Below are positions 1-13,970 of a stretch of DNA of 64,000 bases, piece after piece. A program made the translations under genes and the position numbers. Source of the stretch: Eledone cirrhosa (Eukaryota); contig OZ024745.1 of NCBI GenBank assembly GCA_964016885.1, forward strand, positions 10,478,001-10,542,000, written 5' to 3'. The first letter of the stretch is position 1. Every line of letters starts with the position of its first letter. The notes under the pieces are model-generated. The model was given only the letters and a program-made list of their open reading frames with translations. It made no database searches and was not told where the DNA came from.

Positions 1-883
1 TCTGGTGAAGAGTTGGGTGTAGGGACATTGCCTGATTAAGATAGCCATTGCTCTCTAAAAATATTTGAGACAACCTAAAACAAGACATTGTGGTTGATGG
101 CGAGGCTGAGGTGCTGAAATAGCCAAACACACACTAATGAGCATCACGTGATACTTCAAGACAATGCCACAAATGATATCAAAATCTTTGTTGGCTCAGT
201 TCCTTCAAGTATCATGAGTACCTTGATGCTTTATTTGGGGGAGGCTGGACCACCCGGATAGGGTCCTTTTTAAAGTAAAGTTTTTAATTGAAGAACTTAA
301 TTGTAGCGCCCTTCAAGTTAAGGGGTTTCAAATGTGAACTTTACGTTCTCAAACATTGTTTCACAGCATGTCTATTATTTATTCATTGAATTCTCCCTCT
401 CCAGCATGGTCCTTCATTTCTGTGGTGTTCCCTTGGTGTCCCAATTTTCTGATCTTGCTGTCAAGCCCACCTTTCACTCTAAACTGTCAAATCTTAAGCT
501 ATTATTAAAAAATATTGATAAATAATGAAAATTATTGTGTACAATGCTCAGGTGCACTACAACTCATCAAAGGTGCATGTATAGTACATAGAATAATGTA
601 ATTGAACTCCTAAGTTTTTTTATTCTTTGGTATTACCTATCCTCTAGTTATTATACATCCTTTGAGTTAGACCCTTATTTAAATTTTCATTGTCCCTGCA
701 ACTCTTTGATAACCTAATCATTGAGAAACTGGAAAACTTGATTTAATGTTAGACTGTCTCCAAGTGGCACCAGAGTTGGGTTTAGACCTTGAGGGGCCTG
801 GGTCACTTCAGGTTTGGCAAGGCCCCTCATACACAAACAATTAGAATACACAGCAAACCCCCTAATTTTACATATCAAAGAGA

Positions 884-960
884 TTTGAGGTCCGCTCTCA
901 CAACCTCTGCCCAGGTCTTTTTGGTTGTCCTCTACCTACGACTTCCTTCCACTGGGATTT
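884..960 (-). mobile_element. Degenerate RTE-LINE ORF2 C-terminal fragment
   Basis: The reverse complement reads VEGSR/GRGQPKKTWAEVVRADLK, matching the GRP-KTW...DL C-terminus of the RTE copies in this window. Confidence 0.6.
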
Positions 961-1448
961 ATCCCTAGTAAATAAGAGTTTTAATCCTGGTGTACAATAT
1001 TTAAAAAAAGATCTTCTAATTAAATCAATACTCAGGTAACTTTGTAATCAACTGTCATAGGTGTCATGATTTGATCAGTTTATAATGTTTTATTTCACTA
1101 GAAAATCAAATAACAGTTGATTGATTGTGGTTTATCAGAGCATAAACATATTTGAACTGCAAGAGTGGAGGATGGACGTTAAACGATGATGATGATGATG
1201 AAAGCTATAAAACAGGGATTTTTTTATCGTTAAAATAAATTCTAATTAAATATAATTATTGATTGATTTAGATTAGTAATATTGTCCGAAAATTAGATTA
1301 AAAAAATCTGTTAATAAAACCAATTAGGATAATGTAAATTTATTGGAAATCTGAAAACTTGTAATTTCCCAAAAGTTAACGAATAGTCTTCTGGACTTCA
1401 GTTGTAACTGTTGTGGTTTGGCTATAATGTGAAGGTTTGTAAATAAGG

Positions 1449-1845
1449 GTTTCTAATTTAGGTACAGGGCCAACAATTTTGAGACAGGGGAGAGTTGATT
1501 AAACTAACCCCAGTGCATTACTGGTACTTTATTTTATCGACTCTGTAAGGAGGAAAAGCAAAGCTAAACTTTGTGGGGTTTGAACACAGAACGTAAAGGG
1601 ACGTAACTATATGCCACAAAGCATGTTCGATGATTTCTAATCTAAGTTCATGGTCTGCAATTTTGGGGGAGTGGAAGGTTTATTATATCAGCTCCAGTAT
1701 TTGACTGGTATTTTATTTTAGTGGCTCCGGAGGGATGAAAGGCCAAGTTGACCTTGGTGGGATTTGAACTCAGAATGTAAAGAGCCGGAATAAATGCCAC
1801 AAAGCATTTACCCAACGCTCTATAGATTCTACCAAATTAACCCCC
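1449..1845 (-). mobile_element. Two tandem tRNA-derived SINE copies (Meta/Sauria-like core)
   Basis: Each has a reverse-strand B box (gagttcaaatcc) and the core ctttcatcc...gtcgataaaataaagtaccag shared with the copy at 6885. Confidence 0.7.
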
Positions 1846-2124
1846 ATAAATTTTAAAAATAATTAACACCTTTAAATAGTTCATCATCATAAAATGACAA
1901 CAGTGTTGGTAGTGATGATGATGATGGTGGTGGTGGTGGTGATGATGGTGATGAACACATTTCAAGAAATTATTGGACACAAAATGGCCCAATTTTATTT
2001 CTCAAATGTGATTCCATCCTGTATGCAAATTATTAATTAAAAAGCCAGATGCTCGTTCTGACACTAACCCTATAATCCACTTCTTACAACACGATTTACC
2101 TGTTATAAACTGGATACACAGCTG

Positions 2125-3170
2125 TCTTATGACATACTGGGATACAGTGTACCTATTCTAAACTAGATATATATGGTCTTACAACATACAGGGATACAGT
2201 GTACCTATTCTAAACTAGATATACATGGTATTACAACATACAGGGATACAGTGTACCTATTCTAAACTAGATATACATGGTCTTACAACATACAGGGATA
2301 CAGTGTACCTATTCTAAACTAGATATACATGGTATTACAACATACAGGGATACAGTGTACCTATTCTAAACTAGATATACATGGTCTTACAACATACAGG
2401 GATACAATGTACCTATTCTAAACTAGATATACATGGTATTACAACATACAGGGATACAATGTACCTATTCTAAACTAGATATACATGGTATTACAACATA
2501 CAGGGATACAGTGTACCTATTCTAAACTAGATATATATGGTCTTACAACACACAGGGATACAGTGTACCTATTCTAAACTAGATATATATGGTATTACAA
2601 CATACAGGGATACAGTGTACCTATTCTAAACTAGATATATATGGTCTTACAACACACAGGGATACAGTGTACCTATTCTAAACTAGATATATATGGTCTT
2701 ACTACATACAGGGATACAGTGTACCTATTTTAAACTAGATATATATGGTATTACAACATACAGGGATACAGTGTACCTATTCTAAACTAGATATACATGG
2801 TATTACAACATACAGGGATACAGTGTACCTATTCTAAACTAGATATACATGGTATTACAACATACAGGGATACAGTGTACCTATTCTAAACTAGATATAT
2901 ATGGTATTACAACACACAGGGATACAGTGTACCTATTCTAAACTAGATATATATGGTCTTATGACATACAGGGATACAGTGTACCTATTTTAAACTAGAT
3001 ATACATGGTATTACAACATACAGGGATACAGTGTACCTATTCTAAACTAGATATACATGGTATTATGACATACAGGGATACAGTGTACCTATTCTATTTT
3101 AAACTAGATATACATGGTATTACAACATACAGGGATACAGTGTACCTATTCTAAACTAGATATACATGGC
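2125..3170. repeat. 52-bp minisatellite, ~20 copies
   Basis: Unit ggatacagtgtacctattctaaactagatatacatggtattacaacatacag. A related single copy lies at ~7150-7205. Confidence 0.95.
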
Positions 3171-3504
3171 CAATATCCATCTGAACTGAAATCTATAAAT
3201 TTCCTTCATATTTTCCTGTCTCCGTGTTCACTATTTTTATGTCACTACTGTTAGAGTTCTATGTTCTATTGACTAAATAAAATCAGTTTTAATCACAGCT
3301 TTCCAAACTTCTTTCACTGGAAACATTCTTTTAAAAATAAAAGTTCTACTGACACATTAACTCTGTTAGTGAAAGTAAAGTTGTAAAGCAAAATACACAA
3401 AAAGATTTTGAATGGGTTGCTGGAGCATGTAAACATGTGAGATCTCAAATATAATTTACAGGGAAAAATAACTGTAAAAAGTAATCAGATTTAACATAAT
3501 TTAG

Positions 3505-3992
3505 CAACACATGAAGTGATTAGAGGTGACACTGTCACAACACATGTAGGGATTAGAAGTGACACTGTCACAACACATGTAGGGATTAGAGGTGACACTG
3601 TCACAACACATGTAGGGATTAGAGGTGACACTGATAACACATGTTGTGATTAGAGGTGACACTGTCACAACACATGTAGGGATTAGATGTGACACTGATA
3701 ACACATGTTGTGATTAGAGGTGACACTGTCACAACACATGTAGGGATTAGAGGTGACACTGTCACAACACATGTAGGGATTAGAGGTGATACTGACACAA
3801 CACATGTAGGGATTAGAGGTGACACTGTCACAACACGTAGTGATTAGATGTGACACTGACACAACACGTAGGGATTAGAGGTGACACTGACACAACATGT
3901 AGGGATTAGAGGTGACACTGACAACACATGTAGGGATTAGAGGTGACACTGTCACAACACATGTAGGTATTAGAGGTGACACTGAAACAACG
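3505..3992. repeat. 33-bp minisatellite, ~14 copies
   Basis: Unit gattagaggtgacactgtcacaacacatgtagg, containing the inverted repeat gtgaca-c-tgtcac. Confidence 0.95.
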
Positions 3993-4375
3993 CAGTTTGG
4001 AAAATTCTAGTTTAGATAAACTGGGAATATCATGTGATAAGAAATAGTATATCTTATATCCTTGTCAGTTTACCTCATATTAGTGTAAATCCCCTTCAGT
4101 AATGTTTAATTTTTTCCTTGCCATGTGTTATTTCATGAACTCTTAATGTCCTGTACCACATTAAACCGCATTAGCAAGACTTGAAAATTACAAAGCAGGA
4201 CTATGACTTCAACTTCATTGTATTAAAAACTGAAGTCTTTATTTAAGTTTACTGCAAAACTTGACAACAATCTGTCCATAAGTAAATATACTATAAACAT
4301 TTGAATTGACATTAATGAAAGTGTGTTGCTAGATCATTAAAGAGTTATCTTTCTTGAAATGGAACAATAAGTTAA

Positions 4376-4723
4376 CCCTTTAACATTTACATTACTCTAT
4401 ATTTACTATTGTATTTTCACAGTAAAGGCTTTACCTCACATAATATCTCACATATCATTTACATTACTCTATATTTACTATTGTATTTTCATAGTAAAGG
4501 CTTTACCTCACATAATATCTCACATATCATTTACATTACTCTATATTTACTATTGTATTTTCATGGTAAACACTTTATTTCACATTATCTCACATAATAT
4601 CAAATCTATGAAATTTTGATATTTATTTTGAGAACACAAGTATGAGCAACCAATGATGGCTGGTTTGAACAGAAAGAGGTGAGAGAATTCTGGCTGGATA
4701 CGGTTGCTTTAAATGCTAAAGGT
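4376..4723 (+). mobile_element. piggyBac-type MITE copy with an internal 72-bp tandem triplication
   Basis: Starts TTAA|CCCTTTAACATTTAC and ends ...TAAATGCTAAAGG. Same family as the copies at 14513, 56763, 58166 and 62512. The 72-bp unit starts at 4384, 4456 and 4528. Confidence 0.7.
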
Positions 4724-5019
4724 TTGATAAAGTCCAAGGACAATAGTTTGGTGGAATTGTTAAAGAGTCAGACAGGATGATTTGCAGTATATGATTTGAC
4801 TCTGTTCTGATTTAATGGTACTTTGGTAACTTATAACTAAAGATTATATTGTTACGACTACAATGAACTAATAATAGGTACTTTGGTAACTTATAACTAA
4901 AGATTATATTGTTTATAAAAGATCTGAGATCAATACTTAATTTTAGTTCTGTCTTCTCAACTCTTTCCCTTTACAATATATTACAAACTACTGTTTACTA
5001 GGAATAAGTAATCTGTTAA

Positions 5020-5285
5020 TGAGAGTCACTCCAGGTAGAGGTGCTACTTCTCCAAAATGAGAGATCACAACTCCAATATTTTGGGCATGTGGTTAGAATG
5101 TCTCAGGAAAGGATCTCTGGACAGATTTTATGGGCAAAGCCAACCGGCAGGAGACCCAGGAGTGGACCCTGAGCTTGGCTGATCTCGCTTGGGGATCCAG
5201 CCAAATCAGTTGGAGACGGTTGTTTCTGACAGGACCTTTGAGATGGGGCGTTTGAGGACTCGGCTCCCCTCTCAGGAATAGACGA
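5020..5285 (+). mobile_element. RTE-clade (Rex3/Expander-like) LINE 3' fragment
   Basis: Reads ESLQVEVLLLQNERSQLQYFGHVVRMSQERISGQILWAKPTGRRPR, the RTE ORF2 C-terminal motif. Confidence 0.7.
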
Positions 5286-5839
5286 AGAAGGAATTTTATA
5301 TATTTTTAAATTCATCATCATCATCATCATCGTTTCTGAAGAAATCTCAAATGAGAATACTTTTTTTTTTTTTAATATTTTTTGTTAACATTTTTAATAA
5401 ACTATTCTTGATGAACTGAAGCCAAATATATTTACTTTGGTTGTTGAATATAATTGATACATGTATATATACCAGTGAAACAGGTAAAATGAATTCATAC
5501 CTGAGTGGTACATTATTAAGATTTCTGCTAAGTAACCTTGATAAAATAGAATGTTTTGCAGTTTGTATAAGTGACATAGTGAAACTGATTCTGATAATGA
5601 AGATGGATTATAGTTTGAAATGAGAGATATATGTAGACACACACATTATTGAAGCTATAAGAGATTGAAAAACATCTGCTATCTGATTTAGCATTCATTT
5701 ATTTAGTTCTCCTGTCTTATCTACAGATAAAATTTTACTTAAGAAAACATTTACTTGTTTGTGAAAGAGAAGATGCTTTTCATACTTTTCATAAGAAGTG
5801 GGCTTGGCTAAAAAGGAGTTTATTCATATTAAGTTGTAA

Positions 5840-6690
5840 TGGAGACTTCTGGTGTCTTTGGCTCTAGGACCACCTCCCTACTTACCACCATCGGCACCCC
5901 GTAGCAGTGGAAACTTCTGGTGTCTTTGGTCCTAGGACCACCTCCCTACTTACCACCATCGGCACCCCGTAGCAGTGGAAACTTCTGGTGTCTTTGGCTC
6001 TAGGACCACCTCCCTACTTACCACCATCGGCACCCCGTAGCAGTGGAAACTTCTGGTGTCTTTGGCTCTAGGACCACCTCCCTACTTACCACCATCGGCA
6101 CCCCGTAGCAGTGGAAACTTCTGGTGTCTTTGGCTCTAGGACCACCTCCCTACTTACCACCATCGGCACCCCGTAGCAGTGGAAACTTCTGGTGTCTTTG
6201 GCTCTAGGACCACCTCCCTACTTACCACCATCGGCACCCCGTAGCAGTGGAAACTTCTGGTGTCTTTGGCTCTAGGACCACCTCCCTACTTACCACCATC
6301 GGCACCCCGTAGCAGTGGAAACTTCTGGTGTCTTTGGCTCTAGGACCACCTCCCTACTTACCACCATCGGCACCCCGTAGCAGTGGAAACTTCTGGTGTC
6401 TTTGGCTCTAGGACCACCTCCCTACTTACCACCATCGGCACCCCGTAGCAGTGGAAACTTCTGGTGTCTTTGGTCCTAGGACCACCTACTCACCACCATT
6501 GGCTCCCAGTGTCCTTGGCCCTAGGACCACCTCCTTATTTACCACCATCGGCACAGTTGGCTACCTGCAGGTGTGAGCCTTGCGAGCTGGAATGGTTCTT
6601 CCAATGTGTCTCCTCCACCATCCTCCGAGGAAATGCCTTCTCTATTCTCTCTGCTGCAGGGCGGCCAGCACATGAGCTTCCGTTTGCTTT
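5840..6690 (+). mobile_element. CRE-like (RLE-type) non-LTR retrotransposon 3' relic containing a 68-bp tandem array (~10 copies, 5840-6500)
   Basis: The unit translates AVETSGVFGSRTTSLLTTIG. The unique tail reads ...EPCELEWFFQCVSSTILRGNAFSILSAAG, resembling the VET-G...QRGNA C-terminus of CRE-clade ORFs. Confidence 0.7.
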
Positions 6691-6884
6691 TAATAGTGAG
6701 AGATGGAGAGAGTGAGAGAGACAGGCAGTGAAAGAGAGAGAACATCAACACCATACATATATACTGCTTACATCTTCACCTGATATATATAAAAAGCACA
6801 ACAAAAACCTTCATAATACACATATGACTTCAAGTTACCTTTAATGTATAACATTTGAAGTAAAAACAATTAGAATTATGAATA

Positions 6885-7070
6885 TGTGGATTGGCAGTAT
6901 CGGTAGAGGGTCGGACGCCATGCCTTGACGTATAGAGTTACGGCCCTTGCCATTCTGAGTTCAAATCCCGCCAAGGTTAACTTTGCCTTTTATCCTTACG
7001 GGGTCGATAAAATAAAGTACCAGTAATACACTGGGATAATTGCTGGCCTTGTGCCAAAAATTGAAACAAT
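6885..7070 (+). mobile_element. tRNA-derived SINE (Meta-like core), near complete
   Basis: A-box-like tggcagtatcgg, B box gagttcaaatccc, core gccttttatccttacggggtcgataaaataaagtaccag. Further copies at ~7295-7430, 17295-17370, 52915-53100 and 58445-58600. Confidence 0.75.
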
Positions 7071-7440
7071 TACGAATATAAAATTGAGGGAAATGATAAT
7101 TGTCATTACATTAACTCTTCTATTCTGACATGGGTTGCCCTTTACACTAACCCCTTTAGTCATCTCTTAAGACATGCAGGGATATGGTGTACCTTTCTAA
7201 ACCAAATCATCATCATCATATGCTTTTCTATGCTTGAATAGGTTGAACAGGGTTTTTCTTCAGCACAGAATCCCTTCACCTGTGTTCCTTAATTATGAGT
7301 TCAAATCCCACCGAGGTTAACTTTGACTTTCATCCTTACGGGGGTCGATAAAATAAAGTATCAGTCATGCACTGGGGTTGATTTAATTGACTTTCCCCTC
7401 CCCCAAAATTGCTGGCCTTGTGCCTATATAAAAAAACCTC

Positions 7441-9980
7441 AGTAATTTGAGATCAGCTCTCACCACCTCTGCCCAGGTCTTCCTCTACGGTGAATCTCAC
7501 TAATTTGAGATCAGCTCTCACCACCTCTGCCCAGGCCTTCCTCTACGGTGAATCTCACTAATTTGAGATCAGCTCTCACCACCTCTGCCCAGGTCTTCCT
7601 CTACGGCGAATCTCACTAATTTGAGATCAGCTCTCACCACCTCTGCCCAGGTCTTCCTCTACGGTGAATCTCAGTAATTTGAGATCAGCTCTCACCACCT
7701 CTGCCCAGGCCTTCCTTTACTGTGAATCTCACTAATTTGAGATCAGCTCTCACCACCTTTGCTCAGGTCTTCCTCTACTGTGAATCTCACTAATTTGAGA
7801 TCAGCTCTCACCACCTCTGCCCAGGTCTTCCTCTACGGTGAATCTCAGTAATTTGAGATCAGCTCTCACCACCTCTGCCCAGGTCTTCCTCTACGGTGAA
7901 TCTCACTAATTTGAGATCAGCTCTCACCACCTCTGCCCAGGTCTTCCTCTACTGTGAATCTCACTAATTTGAGATCAGCTCTCACCACCTCTGCCCAGGT
8001 CTTCCTCTACGGTGAATCTCAGTAATTTGAGATCAGCTCTCACCACCTCTGCCCAGGCCTTCCTTTACTGTGAATCTCACTAATTTGAGATCAGCTCTCA
8101 CCACCTCTGCCCAGGTCTTCCTCTACTGTGAATCTCACTAATTTGAGATCAGCTCTCACCACCTCTGCCCAGGTCTTCCTCTACTGTGAATCTCACTAAT
8201 TTGAGATCAGCTCTCACCACCTCTGCCCAGGTCTTCCTCTACGGTGAATCTCAGTAATTTGAGATCAGCTCTCACCACCTCTGCCCAGGCCTTCCTTTAC
8301 TGTGAATCTCAGTAATTTGAGATCAGCTCTCACCACCTCTGCCCAGGTCTTCCTCTACTGTGAATCTCAGTAATTTGAGATCAGCTCTCACCACCTCTGC
8401 CCAGGTCTTCCTCTACGGTGAATCTCAGTAATTTGAGATCAGCTCTCACCACCTCTGCCCAGGCCTTCCTTTACTGTGAATCTCACTAATTTGAGATCAG
8501 CTCTCACCACCTCTGCCCAGGTCTTCCTCTACGGTGAATCTCAGTAATTTGAGATCAGCTCTCACCACCTCTGCCCAGGCCTTCCTTTACTGTGAATCTC
8601 ACTAATTTGAGATCAGCTCTCACCACCTCTGCCCAGGTCTTCCTTTACTGTGAATCTCACTAATTTGAGATCAGCTCTCACCACCTCTGCCCAGGTCTTC
8701 CTTTACTGTGAATCTCACTAATTTGAGATCAGCTCTCACCACCTCTGCTCAGGTCTTCCTTTACTGTGAATCTCAGTAATTTGAGATCAGCTCTCACCAC
8801 CTCTGCCCAGGTCTTCCTCTACTGTGAATCTCACTAATTTGAGATCAGCTCTCACCACCTCTGCTCAGGTCTTCCTTTACTGTGAATCTCACTAATTTGA
8901 GATCAGCTCTCACCACCTCTGCCCAGGTCTTCCTTTACTGTGAATCTCACTAATTTGAGATCAGCTCTCACCACCTCTGCCCAGGTCTTCCTCTACGGTG
9001 AATCTCACTAATTTGAGATCAGCTCTCACCACCTCTGCCCAGGTCTTCCTTTACTGTGAATCTCAGTAATTTGAGATCAGCTCTCACCACCTCTGCCCAG
9101 GCCTTCCTTTACTGTGAATCTCACTAATTTGAGATCAGCTCTCACCACCTCTGCCCAGGTCTTCCTTTACTGTGAATCTCAGTAATTTGAGATCAGCTCT
9201 CACCACCTCTGCTCAGGTCTTCCTTTACTGTGAATCTCAGTAATTTGAGATCAGCTCTCACCACCTCTGCCCAGGTCTTCCTCTACTGTGAATCTCACTA
9301 ATTTGAGATCAGCTCTCACCACCTCTGCTCAGGTCTTCCTTTACTGTGAATCTCACTAATTTGAGATCAGCTCTCACCACCTCTGCCCAGGTCTTCCTTT
9401 ACTGTGAATCTCACTAATTTGAGATCAGCTCTCACCACCTCTGCCCAGGTCTTCCTCTACGGTGAATCTCACTAATTTGAGATCAGCTCTCACCACCTCT
9501 GCCCAGGTCTTCCTCTACGGTGAATCTCACTAATTTGAGATCAGCTCTCACCACCTCTGCCCAGGTCTTCCTTTACTGTGAATCTCAGTAATTTGAGATC
9601 AGCTCTCACCACCTCTGCCCAGGTCTTCCTCTACGGTGAATCTCACTAATTTGAGATCAGCTCTCACCACCTCTGCCCAGGCCTTCCTTTACTGTGAATC
9701 TCACTAATTTGAGATCAGCTCACCACCTCTGCCCAGGTCTTCCTCTACGGTGAATCTCACTAATTTGAGATCAGCTCTCACCACCTCTGCCCAGGTCTTC
9801 CTCTACGGTGAATCTCAGTAATTTGAGATCAGCTCTCACCACCTCTGCCCAGGCCTTCCTTTACTGTGAATCTCAGTAATTTGAGATCAGCTCTCACCAC
9901 CTCTGCCCAGGCCTTCCTTTACTGTGAATCTCAGTAATTTGAGATCAGCTCTCACCACCCTTGCCCAGGTCTTCCTCTAC
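7441..9980. repeat. 58-bp minisatellite, ~44 copies
   Basis: Unit a(g/c)taatttgagatcagctctcaccacctctgcccaggtcttcctctacggtgaatctc. The reverse complement encodes KTWAEVVRADLKL. Confidence 0.95.
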
Positions 9981-11644
9981 TCTCATTTCTTTCCATTGAG
10001 ATTCCTTGTCACTCATTAAAGCTTTAACAATGAGAAAAATTAATAAACTCCAGTGGATTATGGGTTAGCTAGGAAGGTTACCAGTGGTTTAGGGACCTAA
10101 CAAAAGAGCAGCATGTGGTAGAGTCAGAGGTGGTGTTGGGGGAGCTCTTTCAGTGTAAATGTCTGGCATTTGGTGGTTTTCGTTTCTTTTTTTAGCTCCA
10201 GGTTAACCCTTAATGAGCAGACCTCATCAAAAGCTTTGCAACCTTGACTATCTCACTCTCCCTCCAAACATAGTTTATCTAGAACTAAAATGATCCAATG
10301 TTCTCCTTTAAGATTGTAGAATATGATCTGAAGTAGAATTAGACAGTAGTTCTATCTTAGATACTTTCTTGTTTAGCTGACTCCCTTCACTGGTTCCAGC
10401 TCCTTTCGTACTGTTTTTCTTACTCTTCCATGTAGTAAAGACATTTCTATTAACTTTGATGGCTGAGTCAACTCCGTAGTATTAGGAGAGTAAATTACAA
10501 TAATAACTAAAACAAATTCTACATTGCAAATACTACTTACCTGTACACACCTGTTTACATCTACTGGGGATTGTGGTAAAAATCTGATGCAAGTCAAACC
10601 TAAAGAGAAAATCATTGTCATCATTTAGAGTCGGGTTTCTCTGCTAACAAAGGTTGGACATTTCATCACAGACTGGTCAGTACTTAATCAGAACTTAAGT
10701 ACCTTAATCCAGGACCTGACATATAATCTCACTTATTGTGGCACCAGGGAAGTTGTCATGTCTTTGACACAGCTGAAGAAATCTCCTGACCCTTTCTATG
10801 GCAGGTGTTCTATAGCTGGATACCCTTCCTATCACCAACCACTTTACAGTATGTACTGTATTTATTTATTATGTAGATCACCAATTCTAGGGAGATTGTC
10901 ATGTGTATGGCACAACTAAAGAGTCCTCCCAACCCTTTGTTGGCAGATTATCTATGGCTGGATGCCCTTCCTATCACCAACCACTTTACAGAGTCTACAT
11001 GGTGCATATATTGAGTTGATGGCCAATACTAGGGAGGGTGTTACGTTTTTAACACAATTATATTTATTTTATTGGACTTGAACCAGAATTAGTTTAGAAC
11101 CAAATTCTATATCAGGAATTGTAATTTATTTGGTGTTTATTTCTTTAGAATTCCTTGGTTATAAATTGGATATTTTTGTGTAACTCTTCAAGTTTATATT
11201 TTAGTATATTTGATATTAATTTAAAAAAAAAAACAATAAAAGTAAAAAAATGAACCATTTCCAAACACACGTTCATGATAACGAGCATGTCAGCTTCCTC
11301 TCAGTTTCTTTACAACTTTAAATATTTCTCTTTTTCTACCCCCCCTCTCCCCCATATTTTCTCGTCTTTTAGTCTTTTCGTTTCCTCTGTTATTGTTTCC
11401 AATTCCATTTCCTGAATTTCTTGAAAATATTTTTCTTTCACTTCGGTCTTTTTATTAATTTTTCATTTGTTTTGGGGGATTTCTATAAGATTTCTATAAG
11501 ATCTGGAACTATGTGGAACTGTCTGGAACTATGTGGAACTTGTTCTTCTGCTTTTAACCGGAATTGTTTTTTTTCTGAAATCTTCATGACTTTTTTTTTT
11601 CTAAAGTCTTGCATTTCTATAATTTGTTGTTGCTGATGTCGCTA

Positions 11645-13970
11645 TTAGTACATTAGTTACTATTGTCGGTACACTAGTTACTGTTGTTGATATGTGTTAG
11701 TACACTAGTTACTGTTGTTGATATGTGTTAGTACACTAGTTACTGTTGTTGGTATGTGTTAGTACACTAGTTACTGTTGTTGGTATGTGTTGGTACACTA
11801 GTTACTGTTGTTGGTATGTGTTGGTACACTAGTTACTATGTTGGTATGTGTTAGTACACTAGTTACTGTTGTTGGTATGTGTTAGTACACTAGTTACTGT
11901 TGTTGGTATGTGTTGGTACACTAGTTACTATGTTGGTATGTGTTAGTACACTAGTTACTGTTGTTGGTATGTGTTAGTATACTAGTTACTGTTGTTGGTA
12001 TGTGTTGGTACACTAGTTACTATGTTGGTATGTGTTAGTACACTAGTTACTGTTGTTGGTATGTGTTAGTACACTAGTTACTGTTGTTGGTATGTGTTAG
12101 TATACTAGTTACTGTTGTTGGTATGTGTTGGTACACTAGTTACTGTTGTTGGTATGTGTTAGTATACTAGTTACTGTTGTTGGTATGTGTTGGCACACTA
12201 GTTACTATGTTGGTATGTGTTGGTACACTAGTTACTGTTGGTATGTGTTGGTACACTAGTTACTATTGTTGGTATGTGTTAGTACACTAGTTACTGTTGT
12301 TGGTATGTGTTAGTACACTAGTTACTGTTGTTGGTATGTGTTAGTATACTAGTTACTATTGTTGGTATGTGTTAGTACACTAGTTACTGTTGTTGGTATG
12401 TGTTAGTACACTAGTTACTGTTGTTGGTATGTGTTAGTACACTAGTTACTGTTGTTGGTATGTGTTAGTACACTAGTTACTGTTGTTGGTATGTGTTAGT
12501 ACACTAGTTACTGTTGTTGGTATGTGTTAGTATACTAGTTACTATTGTTGGTATGTGTTAGTACACTAGTTACTGTTGTTGGTATGTGTTAGTATACTAG
12601 TTACTATTGTTGGTATGTGTTAGTACACTAGTTACTGTTGTTGGTATGTGTTAGTACACTAGTTACTGTTGTTGGTATGTGTTAGTATACTAGTTACTAT
12701 TGTTGGTATGTGTTAGTACACTAGTTACTGTTGTTGGTATGTGTTAGTACACTAGTTACTGTTGTTGGTATGTGTTAGTATACTAGTTACTATTGTTGGT
12801 ATGTGTTAGTACACTAGTTACTGTTGTTGGTATGTGTTAGTACACTAGTTACTGTTGTTGGTATGTGTTGGTACACTAGTTACTGTTGTTGGTATGTGTT
12901 AGTACACTAGTTACTATTGGTGGTATGTGTTAGTATACTAGTTACTGTTGTTGGTATGTGTTGGTACACTAGTTACTATGTTGGTATGTGTTAGTACACT
13001 AGTTACTGTTGTTGGTATGTGTTAGTATACTAGTTACTGTTGTTGGTATGTGTTGGTACACTAGTTACTGTTGTTGGTATGTGTTAGTACACTAGTTACT
13101 GTTGTTGGTATGTGTTAGTATACTAGTTACTGTTGTTGGTATGTGTTGGTACACTAGTTACTGTTGTTGGTATGTGTTAGTACACTAGTTACTGTTGTTG
13201 GTATGTGTTAGTACACTAGTTACTATTGGTGGTATGTGTTAGTATACTAGTTACTGTTGTTGGTATGTGTTAGTACACTAGTTACTGTTGTTGGTATGTG
13301 TTAGTACACTAGTTACTATTGGTGGTATGTGTTAGTATACTAGTTACTGTTGTTGGTATGTGTTAGTACACTAGTTACTGTTGTTGGTATGTGTTAGTAC
13401 ACTAGTTACTATTGGTGGTATGTGTTAGTATACTAGTTACTGTTGTTGGTATGTGTTAGTACACTAGTTACTGTTGTTGGTATGTGTTAGTACACTAGTT
13501 ACTATTGGTGGTATGTGTTAGTACACTATTTACTGTTGTTGGTATGTGTTAGTACACTAGTTACTGTTGTTGGTATGTGTTAGTACACTAGTTACTGTTG
13601 TTGGTATGTGTTAGTACACTAGTTACTGTTGTTGGTATGTGTTAGTACACTAGTTACTGTTGTTGGTATGTGTTAGTACACTAGTTACTGTTGTTGGTAT
13701 GTGTTAGTACACTAGTTACTGTTGTTGGTATGTGTTAGTACACTAGTTACTGTTGTTGGTATGTGTTAGTACACTAGTTACTGTTGTTGGTTTGTGTTAG
13801 TATACTAGTTACCGTTGTTGGTATGGATTGGTACACTAGTTACTATTGCTGGTATTTGTTAGTATACTAGTTACTATTGGTAGTATGTGTTAGTATACTA
13901 GTTACCGTTGTTGGTATGTGTTGGTATACTAGTAACCGTTGTTGGTATGTGTTAGTATACTAGACACTAT
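11645..13970. repeat. 31-bp minisatellite, ~75 copies
   Basis: Unit gttagtacactagttactgttgttggtatgt, degenerate at both edges. Confidence 0.95.

Noticed and set aside
1-280. Possible degenerate coding or LINE fragment at the window start
   Set aside because: Stops occur in the frames inspected and there is no recognisable motif.
334-525. Short ORFs in AT-rich unique sequence (also ~5347-5642, 10373-10624, 11421-11636, 35021-35221)
   Set aside because: No recognisable domains or splice-consistent structure; consistent with chance ORFs.
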